Source: Chloroflexota bacterium
GTDB taxonomy: Bacteria; Chloroflexota; Anaerolineae; 4572-78
Assembly (NCBI GenBank): GCA_024278725.1
Contig: JAJRSQ010000383.1
Span: forward strand, 1 to 34,357
Length of the DNA: 34,357 nt
Direction of reading: 5' to 3'
Shown here: positions 1-9,104 of the stretch, piece by piece
Position numbering within the stretch: the stretch's first letter is position 1
How the letters are laid out: each line of letters begins with the position of its first letter
The notes under the pieces: generated by a model
Databases searched by the model: none
The model's input: the letters and a program-made list of their open reading frames with translations, nothing else
Told to the model about the DNA's origin: nothing
Position numbers and translations under genes: made by a program

Positions 1-56
1 GAAAAACATTGCTAAAATTTCCGATTCATAATATACTAGCAGAAAATTTGTGAGTT

Positions 57-1700
57 ATGCACAAAAAGCCTATGTTTACCGTACAAAAATTACTCGAGAA
101 TCCAATTTTTTCCACGGCGAAAGTTGTCGCCGGGCATGCGGGGCTGACCAATAACGTTGAATGGTCGCACATTGTTGACTTGCCTGATGTGGTGTCGGTG
201 GTGGGGGGCGGGCAACAGCTCATCATCACTACCGGGCAGGGCATCCCCCGCGAAACGGCGGCGCAGGAAACTTTCATCACCGAGATGGCGCACGCCGGCA
301 TGAGCGGGCTGATTGTCTCTGTGGGCGGCAAATTCCTGCAGGAAATTCCGCAAGTGATGATTGATACCGCCAACCGTTGGAATTTCCCCGTCATCACCAT
401 TCCGAGTCAGGTGCGCTTCATTGACATCACCCGCATCATCCATGAACAATTAATCAGCGAGCAATATACCATGCTCAAACGCTCCGACCACATTCACCAA
501 ACGTTGGTGCAATTGGTGCTGGAAGGGGCGGGTTTGCAGGAATTGGCGGAGACGCTGGCGCAGTTGGTCAACCGCTCGGTGACCATTGAAGACCCCGATT
601 TGAATGTGCTCGCTTCGGCGGAATTTGGGGAAGTTGACCAAGCGCGGCAGGTCAGCATTCAGACCGGCGGCACGCCTGAATTCATCCGCATGTTTGTACG
701 CGAGCGGGGAATTTTAGACCGCCTGAATCAGAGTTTGAAGCCGACCAAAGTTCGCGCTTTTCCGGAACACGGGATGACCAAAGAGCGCATCGTTTCGCCC
801 ATTGTGGTGGAGCGGCGGGTGTACGGCTATCTGTGGCTCATCGCCACCGATGTGCCGCTGGATGAATCCGATGCGATGACGATTGAACGCGAGGCGATTG
901 TCGCGGCGTTGATTATGTTGAAAGAGGACGCCATCCGCCAGACAGAAGCGCGTCTGCAAGCCGATGTGGTTTCGCAATTGTTGAGCGACCAACCGCACAC
1001 GCTGGCGCTGGAGGACAAAGCCAAACGTTTGGGGCTGGATTTGCATCAGCCGCAACAGGTGTTGCTGCTGCAACCACCGGCGGGCACGCTCCCCTCGTTG
1101 CGCTTAACGGATAAACTTCGACCGGTGGTGCGAAAATACACGAAACGGGCAATTTTGCAGCCGTTGGGTTCCAATTTGATTTTGATTCTGCCCGAAAAAA
1201 TTTCGGTGCAGAAAATGGGGGCGGAACTGCTGGATGTTTTGCCTGAATTGCGAATGGGGGTGGGCAATGCCGCGCAGACAGTGGTGCATCTGGCGCAGAG
1301 TTATCGGCAAGCGAAAGAAGCGTTGGAAATCGGATTGACACTTTTGGCAGGGGAGAAAATCTTCTTTTTTGAGAACCTCGGCTTTCTCCACTGGCTGTAC
1401 CACCTGCCCGCCGAAGCGGGGAACGGCAACCGCTACGCCGACCGGGTGCGACAGCTGGCATCGGAAGAGCGCGCCGAGCGGGCGCAATTGTTGCGCACGC
1501 TGGAAGTCTTTTTGGATTACGGGGGCAATGCCGCCGAAACCGCCCGCGATTTGCACATCCACCGTAATACGCTGGCATACCGCATCAAACAAATTGAAAC
1601 CATCTGTGATGTTTCGCTGAACGACCCGCAAACACGGGTGAATTTACAAATTGCCATTAAGGCGCATCGTCTGCTGAAAAACCGGGAAGAAAAGAAATGA
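57..1700 (+). CDS. PucR/CdaR-family transcriptional regulator (PurC-like N-terminal domain plus C-terminal PucR HTH)
   Basis: 547-aa ORF. The C-terminal ETARDLHIHRNTLAYRIKQIE is a PucR-type helix-turn-helix. The N-terminal MFTVQKLLENPIFSTAKVVAGHAGL is typical of the family. The true start may be the second ATG at 72. A possible TTGCTA-17-TATACT promoter lies at 9-37. Confidence 0.8.
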   Translation: MHKKPMFTVQKLLENPIFSTAKVVAGHAGLTNNVEWSHIVDLPDVVSVVGGGQQLIITTGQGIPRETAAQETFITEMAHAGMSGLIVSVGGKFLQEIPQVMIDTANRWNFPVITIPSQVRFIDITRIIHEQLISEQYTMLKRSDHIHQTLVQLVLEGAGLQELAETLAQLVNRSVTIEDPDLNVLASAEFGEVDQARQVSIQTGGTPEFIRMFVRERGILDRLNQSLKPTKVRAFPEHGMTKERIVSPIVVERRVYGYLWLIATDVPLDESDAMTIEREAIVAALIMLKEDAIRQTEARLQADVVSQLLSDQPHTLALEDKAKRLGLDLHQPQQVLLLQPPAGTLPSLRLTDKLRPVVRKYTKRAILQPLGSNLILILPEKISVQKMGAELLDVLPELRMGVGNAAQTVVHLAQSYRQAKEALEIGLTLLAGEKIFFFENLGFLHWLYHLPAEAGNGNRYADRVRQLASEERAERAQLLRTLEVFLDYGGNAAETARDLHIHRNTLAYRIKQIETICDVSLNDPQTRVNLQIAIKAHRLLKNREEKK

Positions 1701-2293
1701 CCGTGGTTTCCATCGCGCAGGCGCGGCAATTTTATGAAAATGACACAGCGCACGACTTCGACCACATCCTGCGGGTGCTGTCCAATGCCCGGCTGATTGC
1801 CCAATCGGAGCCGGACGTGAATCTTGACGTGCTGGAAACGGCGGTTTTGTTGCATGACATCGCCCGCGCTGACCAGGCGCGCACAGGGAAAGACCACGCT
1901 GCCGAGGGCGCGCGCCGAGCATTGGAAATTCTGGCGGATGCGCCGCCGGAATTTGCCCGCGCGGTGAGCGACGCCATTGCCACGCATCGTTTCCGGGTGG
2001 AGAAGCCGCCGCAATCCATTGAGGCGAAAATTCTGTACGATGCCGACAAGCTCGATTCCATCGGCGCGGTGGGGGTGGCGCGAGCTTTTGCCTTCAGTGG
2101 GCATAACAATGGGCGGCTGTGGGCTGAAAATGACGAAGGTGTCCACACCGCATTTCAGGAATATCAGAAAAAATTAGTGCGTTTGAAGGACAAATTGCTC
2201 ACCGATGCGGCGAAAAAAATCGCCCGCCAACGGCATCAATTTATGGTGACGTTTTTTGAACAAATGGCGGCGGAAGTGCGGGGAGAGCGATAA
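1697..2293 (+). CDS. HD-domain metal-dependent phosphohydrolase
   Basis: 198-aa ORF with H..HDIAR and YDADKLD motifs (HD superfamily). Its start overlaps the upstream stop as ATGA, suggesting translational coupling. Confidence 0.75.
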   Translation: MTVVSIAQARQFYENDTAHDFDHILRVLSNARLIAQSEPDVNLDVLETAVLLHDIARADQARTGKDHAAEGARRALEILADAPPEFARAVSDAIATHRFRVEKPPQSIEAKILYDADKLDSIGAVGVARAFAFSGHNNGRLWAENDEGVHTAFQEYQKKLVRLKDKLLTDAAKKIARQRHQFMVTFFEQMAAEVRGER

Positions 2294-2932
2294 ATGACTG
2301 TGACCGTGACCGATATTCAGAAAATAAAAGCGGCATTGCGGCAGCCCCTCCCCGGCGCAGACGGGCAAGCGCCCTTGTCGCCGGAGGGGCGTTATCCCGC
2401 CGAGCGGTTGCGGGAAATGCCGCAACATTACCGCGAGGGGGCGGTGCTGTTGTTGCTGTATCCGCGAAACAACGCGCTGCATTTTGTGCTCACCCGTCGC
2501 CCTGAATACAATGGCGTGCACAGCGGGCAGATTTCCCTGCCGGGGGGCGCGCGCGAGCCGGGCGAGCAATTTCAAAATACTGCGCTCCGTGAAACGTGGG
2601 AAGAAGTGGGCGTGCCGGTGAACCAAATTTCGGTATTGGGCGCGCTGACTCAATTATATATTCCACCCAGTAATTTTATGGTCTACCCTTTTGTGGGCTA
2701 TTGCACCGCCGCCCCGCATTTCCGACCGGACGCGCGGGAAGTGGCGGAAATTATGCAAGTGCCCGTCTCGGTCATCCAAGACCCGCACAATCGCCATTCA
2801 GAAGTGCGCGAGCATCCACAATTGGGGCGGATAAAAATCCCCTATATGCTGATTCATGGCTATAAAGTGTGGGGCGCGACCGCCATGATTTTGAGCGAAT
2901 TTAACGCGCTTTTGCGCACCCATAATTTATGA
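2294..2932 (+). CDS. Nudix hydrolase, CoA-pyrophosphatase-like
   Basis: Nudix box [24 protein letters not shown] (GX5EX7REUXEEXGU). It is preceded by LTRR...[10 protein letters not shown], which resembles the NudL/Nudt7 CoA pyrophosphatase signature. Confidence 0.8.
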   Translation: MTVTVTDIQKIKAALRQPLPGADGQAPLSPEGRYPAERLREMPQHYREGAVLLLLYPRNNALHFVLTRRPEYNGVHSGQISLPGGAREPGEQFQNTALRETWEEVGVPVNQISVLGALTQLYIPPSNFMVYPFVGYCTAAPHFRPDAREVAEIMQVPVSVIQDPHNRHSEVREHPQLGRIKIPYMLIHGYKVWGATAMILSEFNALLRTHNL

Positions 2933-3981
2933 TGAAAACAACCATTCTCGCAATCGAATCCTCGTGTGATGAAACCGCCGCCGCCGTCATCAAAAACGGT
3001 CAGCACATCAAATCGAATGTTGTCGCTTCGCAAATTGAACTGCATCGCCGGTATGGCGGCGTGTTCCCGGAGGTGGCATCGCGCCAGCATATTTTGGCGA
3101 TTGATACCGTCATTCGTGACGCGCTGGCGCAGGCGGAAACCGATTTTTCGACGTTGGATGCCGTTGCGGTGACGCGGGGACCCGGTTTGGCGGGCAGTCT
3201 GCTGGTGGGGGTGAATGCCGCCAAAGGCATCGCGATGGCGCAAAATTTGCCGCTCATCGGGGTGAATCATCTGGAAGGGCATTTGTATTCCAATTGGCTG
3301 GCAACGGATGACGCCGCGCCGGAAATTGTGTTCCCCGTGCTGGTGCTGATTGTCTCCGGGGGGCATACCGAAATCGTGTTGATGCGCGGGCATGGCGATT
3401 ATCGGATTTTGGGGCGCACAATTGATGATGCGGCAGGAGAGGCGTTCGATAAAGTGGCGCGGTTGTTGGGGTTGGGGTATCCCGGCGGACCGGCGATTCA
3501 GCGGGCTGCCGCCGGCGGCGACGCGCGGGCATTCGATTTACCGCGCGCCAAAACCAAACGCCCGTATGATTTCAGCTTTTCGGGGTTGAAAACGGCGGTG
3601 TTGCGGCTGGTGCAGCGATACAGCAAAAACCTGCAACGCCCGTCGGATGTGGCGCAGAATGCACCGGATGCGAGCAATTTGCCCGTGGCGGATATTGCCG
3701 CCAGCGTGCAATGGGCAATTGTGGATGCGCTGGTGCAAAAAACGCGCGCGGCGGCAGATGCGTTTGGGGTGCAGGAAATATTACTGGCGGGCGGCGTCAG
3801 CGCAAACGGGGCGCTGCGGCAGGAAATGTCGGCGCGGGCGGGGTGCCCGGTGCGATTCCCCCCGTTGTCACTGTGTACCGACAATGCCGCCATGATTGGC
3901 GCAGCGGCTCACTGGCGGTATCTGCGCGGTGATTTCAGCGCGCTGGAGATGGATGTCATTCCCAATCTGCGGTTGAAATAA
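2929..3981 (+). CDS. tsaD: tRNA N6-adenosine threonylcarbamoyltransferase TsaD (Kae1/Gcp family)
   Basis: 350-aa ORF with [30 protein letters not shown] and GYPGGP motifs characteristic of TsaD. ATGA overlap with the Nudix gene. Confidence 0.92.
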   Translation: MMKTTILAIESSCDETAAAVIKNGQHIKSNVVASQIELHRRYGGVFPEVASRQHILAIDTVIRDALAQAETDFSTLDAVAVTRGPGLAGSLLVGVNAAKGIAMAQNLPLIGVNHLEGHLYSNWLATDDAAPEIVFPVLVLIVSGGHTEIVLMRGHGDYRILGRTIDDAAGEAFDKVARLLGLGYPGGPAIQRAAAGGDARAFDLPRAKTKRPYDFSFSGLKTAVLRLVQRYSKNLQRPSDVAQNAPDASNLPVADIAASVQWAIVDALVQKTRAAADAFGVQEILLAGGVSANGALRQEMSARAGCPVRFPPLSLCTDNAAMIGAAAHWRYLRGDFSALEMDVIPNLRLK

Positions 3982-3996
3982 AAGTCACAAATAAAC

Positions 3997-4024
3997 TTGA
4001 CATCCCGCGAAAATTGTGTATAAT
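3997..4024 (+). promoter_or_regulatory. Near-consensus sigma70-type promoter (TTGACA-16 nt-TATAAT) with no ORF behind it
   Basis: TTGACA at 3997-4002 and TATAAT at 4019-4024, 16 nt after the tsaD stop. No SD-preceded start codon occurs before the terminator at 4078-4113. Confidence 0.55.
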
Positions 4025-4030
4025 AATTCA

Positions 4031-4113
4031 CAAACAATAGCTTTCTCCTTTCTTGTTGTTGTTTGCCTCCCCTCCTTAAAGCGCCCTGATTGTCGTCGGG
4101 GCGCTTTTGTTTT
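4031..4113 (+). ncRNA. Candidate small RNA, CU-rich, with anti-Shine-Dalgarno-like motifs
   Basis: The predicted TSS is about 7 nt after the -10 box. The 5' portion (about 47 nt) is pyrimidine-rich and carries CUCCUUUCU (4045-4053) and tandem CCUCC CCUCC (4066-4075). It ends in a GC stem plus U-tract. The ends are predicted, not measured. Confidence 0.4.
4078..4113 (+). terminator. Rho-independent terminator
   Basis: The stem GCGCCC (4081-4086) pairs with GGGCGC (4099-4104), extendable by A:U pairs, and is followed by TTTTGTTTT. It may also terminate tsaD read-through. Confidence 0.6.
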
Positions 4114-4206
4114 CAGATGTGGAATTGGGCGGGGCTTGCCGGTATGTCCTGAAGAAGAGGCATGGGTATCACACCCCATGACTAACACAAAAAAAGCGGA
4201 ATGTTG

Positions 4207-4235
4207 TTGACAAAGCCGCTTTTTCAGCGTAATAT
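4207..4235 (+). promoter_or_regulatory. Sigma70-type promoter for the Lrp/AsnC gene (TTGACA-17 nt-TAATAT)
   Basis: TTGACA at 4207-4212 and TAATAT at 4230-4235. It is embedded in an AAAAAGCGG...CCGCTTTTT hairpin (4192-4223). An AAGGGA SD-like element lies before ATG 4269. Confidence 0.5.
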
Positions 4236-4268
4236 TTAGATGGGTTTCGCTGAAAGGGAATAACTGAC

Positions 4269-4751
4269 ATGATATTCAAAGCCGATTTTAAACGGACCAT
4301 TTACGGGTTGTATGATTTAGACCCCATCGACCAGAAGATCATCGCTTTTTTGCAGGAAAACGGACGGGAATCACTTGCCAAAATCGCCGATGAAATTGGT
4401 GTGCCGCCCAGCACCGTGCGCGACCGCACCAATCGGATGGTGTAAAGCGGTGTGATTCGCATTGTTGCCCGCTTGAACCCGCTCACGGCAGACCAACGGG
4501 TGCGAGCGTCCATCGGGATAAAGCTGGCGGGGGGGCAGCACCGGGCGGTTGCCGATGAGATTGCCGCCAATGATGAGGTGACTCGGTTGGTCATTGGCGC
4601 GGGGAATTTCGATTTGCTGGCGGAAATATCGTGCAAAGACAACGAGCACCTGCTGGACACCATTTCGCAATTGCAGGCGATGCCGCAGGTTCAAGCCACC
4701 GAGGCGTTCATCCATTTTTCCACCGCCAAAGACGCGCCGGACACGTTTTAA
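4269..4751 (+). pseudogene. Lrp/AsnC-family transcriptional regulator interrupted by one in-frame TAA (4443-4445)
   Basis: ATG 4269 opens a winged-HTH segment (DQKIIAFLQENGRESLAKIADEIGVPPSTVRDRTNRMV) that runs into TAA. The same frame continues SGVIRIVARLNP... as a complete RAM/AsnC C-terminal domain up to TAA 4749-4751. Both halves share one reading frame (4269 and 4452 are both 0 mod 3). Confidence 0.8.
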
Positions 4752-4752
4752 A

Positions 4753-7215
4753 TTACCATCGAAATCGTGAAAATACGCTTCGCAGCGGATTGCGGTTTTC
4801 AAATACGGTGCGGAAAAGCACGGGGCGGATATTCTCCCATGCCGTCGCCACCGATTGCCGAATGTCGGGGCGGGCTTCGGGTTGCGGGCTGTAGACCTGA
4901 CGCACAAATTCAGTGGTGATTAATTCGATTTCAGATTGCGCCTCCGGGACGGTACGCTTCAATTGCGAGGCATGTTCATACGCCGTTTGCCAGGGGCGTT
5001 TTTTTATGCCCATCCACCCGGCGAGCCGCACCATCGCCCCGTAAATCGCGCTCACCGTCGGTAAATTTTTGGATGATTGTGTCGGCGCTGTGCCAAAATT
5101 CAGTATGCCCAGACGGCGCAGATACAGCGCCCCCATCGAGAGCAGAGAGAGCAGCGCGAGGGTGAAAATACCCGCCCGAATCACGCGCACGGTTTCGCCC
5201 GCGATGGTGATGTCTCCCCAGAATGGCAGCGCGAACTGCCACGCAATTGGCGGTTCCGGCGTGGGCGAAAGATTTCCTTCCGCATCCACATCCCGCACCC
5301 GGTCAATGGGGTCGGGGTTTTCGGGGGGGGTGTTGGATGAAAGGTTCGCCGCATCGGATGAATTTTGCCCGGTTGAACGGGCGATGACCGGCTGTGCCGC
5401 AGTCGGCTCAAATTCAATCCAACCGTATGTGGGGAAAAAGACCTCCACCCATGAGTGCGCATCTTTATTTTTCACCAGATATGCCGTTTCCTGATTATCG
5501 AGCGTTTCCACCTGCCCGCGCGCGTATCCGGCGGCTAATCGCGCCGGAATCCCCAGCGAGCGCAGCATCACAATCATCGACGTGGCATAATAATCGCAAT
5601 AAGCCTCTTTCAAATCAAACAGAATATAATCCACTTTATCGCGGTCGGCGGGGGGGAATGGAATCCCTTCGTTGTAGGCAATATTTTCCCGCAAATAGGC
5701 TTCAATGGCAGAGGCTTTATCGAAGGGGGTGGATTTCCCCGCGGTGATTTTCTGCGCCAAATCAAACACCCGCTGCGGGATGCCTTCGGGGAGTTGGGTG
5801 TATCGCTCCAGCACCCATGCCGGATATTTGGCGGTATCGTTCTGCAATTGCGCTTTGGTCGCCACGGAATACCGCGATACCACCTGATACGGTTCTTCCG
5901 CGCGCAAACGGCGGTCGGATTCGATGTAGGTGACCTCGAAGTACCACGGTTGCCGTCGCCCGGCAAAATAATTCTGCGGCGCATCTGCGATTTGTTTGGG
6001 GGCGATTTCCGCCGCTTTGGCGTGCGCGTTGCGGCTCACGGTGACGGGATTCGCCAGTGCGTACAGCACGGTGGCGCCCCCCTGATACAGTTTGAAGGTT
6101 TGGGTCACGGTGACGCGCGCTTTGAAAAACGGCAGCGACACATTCGGGTTATTTTCCCCGAAGGTGAGTTCACTTTGGTCCCGGCTCGTCCAGCCGTTGC
6201 CGTCGTAGGTGTCGTACACGGCGGCGCGCCAGTAGCGCCCGACGGGCGATTGCACCAGCATTATCGGCGTTTCCGTCAATTGCCGGGGACCGCCCAGCTC
6301 CAAATTCTGGCTGAAGGTGTTCACAGCGGAAAGGGGGTCGGGTTTATAATCCAGATTGGCGAACAGTCGATTCCACTGGCTTTGAGCGCCGCGCCATTGG
6401 CGGTCGAAGTTGCTGAACAGCTCGGTGGTTTGGGTGGCGGAGAGGGTGGGCGCGGTCCATGCCGCAATCAAGATGACCACCGAAAAAAGCAATCCGTTGC
6501 GGAAAAAATCGTACCGGATATCCGGGCGGTAAAAAACGTGGTTGGCTTTCCAGTGAAGTTCCTGTTCCATCAAACTGAAACGGATGACGAGCAGGATGCT
6601 GACAATTAAATATGCCAGCACGTAAAAAGTGAGGTTTTCGGGGGCGTAATGGAACACAATCAGCATCACAGTGCCGCCGGGGATGAGCGCCGCCCAAACC
6701 TGCTTGTGGCGTAGTACCGTCCAAATGGTGAAATAGCCCGCCAGCCACACAATCAGGCTCATTTCCAGAATGAACATTTGATTGTCGTAACTCACGCCGC
6801 CGTTGGCGGCAATATTGTACCATTCGATGATGCGGGTGATGAGATTTTCCCAGCGGGTGTTCCATGACCATTCGTGGGGCAAAATTCGGCTGGTGAGCCA
6901 AAATGCCCATCCACTGCCGATGATGGCGCTGAACAGGTGCGCGATGAGCGTGGGCAGGATGCTGCGGCTGAGCAGGATGCCAATCACCGCCACCCCGACC
7001 CCCGTCCAAAATACAATGTACAAGCCTTCCGTCCAACCGGAATTACTCACGGCTGAAGCGATGATTATCGCCAAAAGGGCGGTTAAGGTTGCCAGCGCGA
7101 TGTTGTTTTTCAACAAAAAACGATTGTCCATATGAGATTCCAATACCCAAAAATATCCGCGGTGTGTGAAATGCGGATTCGCCAATAATACGATGTGCGA
7201 GGGAGGGATGTTCAT
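4753..7215 (-). CDS. TgpA-like membrane transglutaminase-domain protein
   Basis: The N-terminal region is multi-TM. The transglutaminase core carries YCDYYATSMIVMLRSLGIPARLAAGY (Cys) and DAHSWVEVFFPTYGWIEFEPT (His plus acidic residue). A C-terminal TM and a DUF4129-like tail follow. The start is uncertain: 7215, or ATG at 7131 (MDNRFLLKNN). Confidence 0.8.
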   Translation of the reverse strand: MNIPPSHIVLLANPHFTHRGYFWVLESHMDNRFLLKNNIALATLTALLAIIIASAVSNSGWTEGLYIVFWTGVGVAVIGILLSRSILPTLIAHLFSAIIGSGWAFWLTSRILPHEWSWNTRWENLITRIIEWYNIAANGGVSYDNQMFILEMSLIVWLAGYFTIWTVLRHKQVWAALIPGGTVMLIVFHYAPENLTFYVLAYLIVSILLVIRFSLMEQELHWKANHVFYRPDIRYDFFRNGLLFSVVILIAAWTAPTLSATQTTELFSNFDRQWRGAQSQWNRLFANLDYKPDPLSAVNTFSQNLELGGPRQLTETPIMLVQSPVGRYWRAAVYDTYDGNGWTSRDQSELTFGENNPNVSLPFFKARVTVTQTFKLYQGGATVLYALANPVTVSRNAHAKAAEIAPKQIADAPQNYFAGRRQPWYFEVTYIESDRRLRAEEPYQVVSRYSVATKAQLQNDTAKYPAWVLERYTQLPEGIPQRVFDLAQKITAGKSTPFDKASAIEAYLRENIAYNEGIPFPPADRDKVDYILFDLKEAYCDYYATSMIVMLRSLGIPARLAAGYARGQVETLDNQETAYLVKNKDAHSWVEVFFPTYGWIEFEPTAAQPVIARSTGQNSSDAANLSSNTPPENPDPIDRVRDVDAEGNLSPTPEPPIAWQFALPFWGDITIAGETVRVIRAGIFTLALLSLLSMGALYLRRLGILNFGTAPTQSSKNLPTVSAIYGAMVRLAGWMGIKKRPWQTAYEHASQLKRTVPEAQSEIELITTEFVRQVYSPQPEARPDIRQSVATAWENIRPVLFRTVFENRNPLRSVFSRFRW

Positions 7216-7278
7216 TATTGCCGCATGGAAATTGTAGCGGCGGCGGTGATTGAGTCAAACGCGCGAGGCGTGAGGGCT

Positions 7279-7307
7279 TTGCGTGAAGCGGCGAACAACA
7301 CTATAAT
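7279..7307 (+). promoter_or_regulatory. Promoter TTGCGT-17 nt-TATAAT placed for a leaderless transcript
   Basis: The -10 box ends at 7307 and the ATG is at 7315, so the expected TSS coincides with the start codon. No SD is present. Confidence 0.45.
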
Positions 7308-7314
7308 TTTCGGC

Positions 7315-7908
7315 ATGTCTGAATTAGTATTGACCGCCGGTGTGCTGTCCGACACCCATTTACCCTATCGTATGGCTGCGTTGCCCCCCGAAATACCGGA
7401 AATTTTTGCCGGTGTGGATGTCATTCTCCATGCGGGGGATGTAGACCGCGACGAATTTTTGTCGCCTTTGCGGGCGCTGGCGCCGGTGCATGCGGTGCGC
7501 GGGAATTTCCATATCAGCGATGGCAGTTCGGGCGGCAGAAATTTGCCGTATGAAGTGTCGCTCATGCTGGCGGGGCGGTCGGTGGTGGTGGTGCATGGAC
7601 ATCGGCGGGGGGTATGGGGGTTCCTTCTGAAAATCCCGCAGGTGGTGGCGTCGCTGTTTGTTTCCGGCGCGGATGGCGCACTGAATGAGCGCATCATGCA
7701 TCGGTTGAAAAGGGATTATCCCGCGGCAGATGTGGTCGTTTTCGGGCACACCCATCGCGCTTTTGTGCGGCAATTCAACGGGACGCTCTTTTTTAATCCG
7801 GGGGCAGTGGCGGAAACGTTAAAAAAAAGGCGCACGGTGGGGGTGTTGCGGTTTTATGCCGATAAAGTTGAGGCGGAAATCATCCCCCTGCGGCGGGGCA
7901 GCGGTTAA
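7315..7908 (+). CDS. YfcE/MJ0936-type metallophosphoesterase
   Basis: Motifs GVLSDTHL, HAGDV, VVVHGH and VFGHTH fit the calcineurin-like phosphoesterase pattern. The upstream in-frame extension to 7195 (GTG) overlaps the divergent gene and shows no family similarity, so ATG 7315 is preferred. Confidence 0.8.
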   Translation: MSELVLTAGVLSDTHLPYRMAALPPEIPEIFAGVDVILHAGDVDRDEFLSPLRALAPVHAVRGNFHISDGSSGGRNLPYEVSLMLAGRSVVVVHGHRRGVWGFLLKIPQVVASLFVSGADGALNERIMHRLKRDYPAADVVVFGHTHRAFVRQFNGTLFFNPGAVAETLKKRRTVGVLRFYADKVEAEIIPLRRGSG

Positions 7909-8984
7909 TCGTCAGGGGGCAGAGCGGGGTCGATGCCGTGCATGCGCTGGCGAATGTACCGCGCCACCACGCTCAACGATGCCATCACCGGGATGATGAT
8001 GAGCGTCACCAAAATACCGAATAGTGCCAAACTGGTCAGAACGCTGATGAAGACGATTGCCGGATGCAGGCGCAATTGTCGCCCCATCAGCGCGGGGCGA
8101 ATCCAGATATTTTCAATCTGTTGAATGATGAGAAAGATGATCAGTATGATGAGCGCGAAAACAACGTTGGAAACCGGCAGGTAAGTTGACCCCTCAAAGA
8201 GCGCAATGGCAATGGCGATGATGGCGGCGAAGGTCGGTCCCAGCGACGGAATGATGTCGAGCACGCCCGCAATAATGCCGATGATGAACGCGGCGGGCAT
8301 CCCCACCGCCATTGTGCCAATCCACGATAAAACACCCACAATCAGCATCAGCAGCAGTTGCCCGCGCAGGAAACTGCCCCAGACCATATCCATTTCCCGT
8401 AGCAAATAGGTGGTTTGCGGATGATAGCGTTCGGGGATGAAGGCTTTTATCCACGCCAGCAGGCGATGGCTGTCGCGCAAAAGATAGAACACCGAGACCA
8501 GCACAATCAGCACCCACAGCAGGTTGGTGGTCACATCTGCCAGCACGAATCCCAAATTTGTGGCAACCTGCGCCGCCGTGGTGGTGATGGATGCCTCTAA
8601 ATCGGCAAAAACGGTGTCGAGCGAAAAAGTATATCCCGCAAAAACAAATTGCATGGTCGGCAGGGTTTCCAGCCATTTGGTCAGCGCGTCAATATCGGGC
8701 GCGAATTCCCGCGTTTGGGCAATGGTGATGGGGGTGAGGATTGCCGGAATGGCTATCAGCACCAACAGGAAGAGCAGATACACCACAATCACCGCCCCTC
8801 GGTGGCTGATGCCGGTTTTGCGGATGAGTAAATTCACCAGCGGGTGCAGAATGTACGCCAGCAGCGCGGCAATAATCAACGCGCTGATGAGCGGCTGAAG
8901 CGTGATGAACAGCCAGACACCCGCAACAATCAGCAATCCGGCAATGGCGTATTGAGTTAGTTGACGCAAGCTGTTCGGTTCCAT
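7905..8984 (-). CDS. AI-2E family transporter (UPF0118 / PerM-like permease)
   Basis: Polytopic membrane protein with the length and hydrophobic pattern typical of the family. ATG 8984 is preferred over TTG 9023, with a TATAAT on the minus strand at 9020-9015. Its stop overlaps the convergent metallophosphoesterase stop by 4 nt. Confidence 0.7.
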   Translation of the reverse strand: MEPNSLRQLTQYAIAGLLIVAGVWLFITLQPLISALIIAALLAYILHPLVNLLIRKTGISHRGAVIVVYLLFLLVLIAIPAILTPITIAQTREFAPDIDALTKWLETLPTMQFVFAGYTFSLDTVFADLEASITTTAAQVATNLGFVLADVTTNLLWVLIVLVSVFYLLRDSHRLLAWIKAFIPERYHPQTTYLLREMDMVWGSFLRGQLLLMLIVGVLSWIGTMAVGMPAAFIIGIIAGVLDIIPSLGPTFAAIIAIAIALFEGSTYLPVSNVVFALIILIIFLIIQQIENIWIRPALMGRQLRLHPAIVFISVLTSLALFGILVTLIIIPVMASLSVVARYIRQRMHGIDPALPPDD

Positions 8985-9053
8985 AATTTCACGATGTTTT
9001 TTGATGATACGGTTATTATACAATTTTACCGGAAGGGTGAAAAATCACCCCAC

Positions 9054-9089
9054 AAAAAAAGACCGGAGAGAAATTCCTCCGGTCTTTTT
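9054..9089 (-). terminator. Rho-independent (bidirectional-looking) terminator after the 1131-aa gene
   Basis: GACCGGAG (9061-9068) pairs with CTCCGGTC (9077-9084) around an 8-nt loop. It is flanked by an A7 run (9054-9060, read as a U-tract on the minus strand) and T5. Confidence 0.7.
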
Positions 9090-9104
9090 GAGGTTGTGAA
9101 AAAG

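Noticed and set aside
4117-4152. 11-codon mini-ORF MWNWAGLAGMS with two Trp codons, considered as a possible attenuation leader peptide
   Set aside because: It has no Shine-Dalgarno sequence, because it starts right after the terminator U-tract. No downstream terminator/antiterminator alternative is obvious, and the downstream gene is a regulator rather than a Trp biosynthesis gene.
4016-4210. 64-aa plus-strand ORF, and the 67-aa minus-strand ORF 3985..4188, in the tsaD-lrp spacer
   Set aside because: The plus-strand ORF would start at a GTG inside the promoter's -10 region and read through an intrinsic terminator. The minus-strand ORF has no promoter and no spaced start after its GA-rich stretch. 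Both are better explained as non-coding (promoter, CU-rich RNA, terminator).
4443-4445. The in-frame stop in the Lrp gene considered as selenocysteine/pyrrolysine recoding or an alternative genetic code
   Set aside because: The codon is TAA, not TGA or TAG. Other genes in the window terminate with TAA and contain no internal TAA codons, so a code change is not supported.
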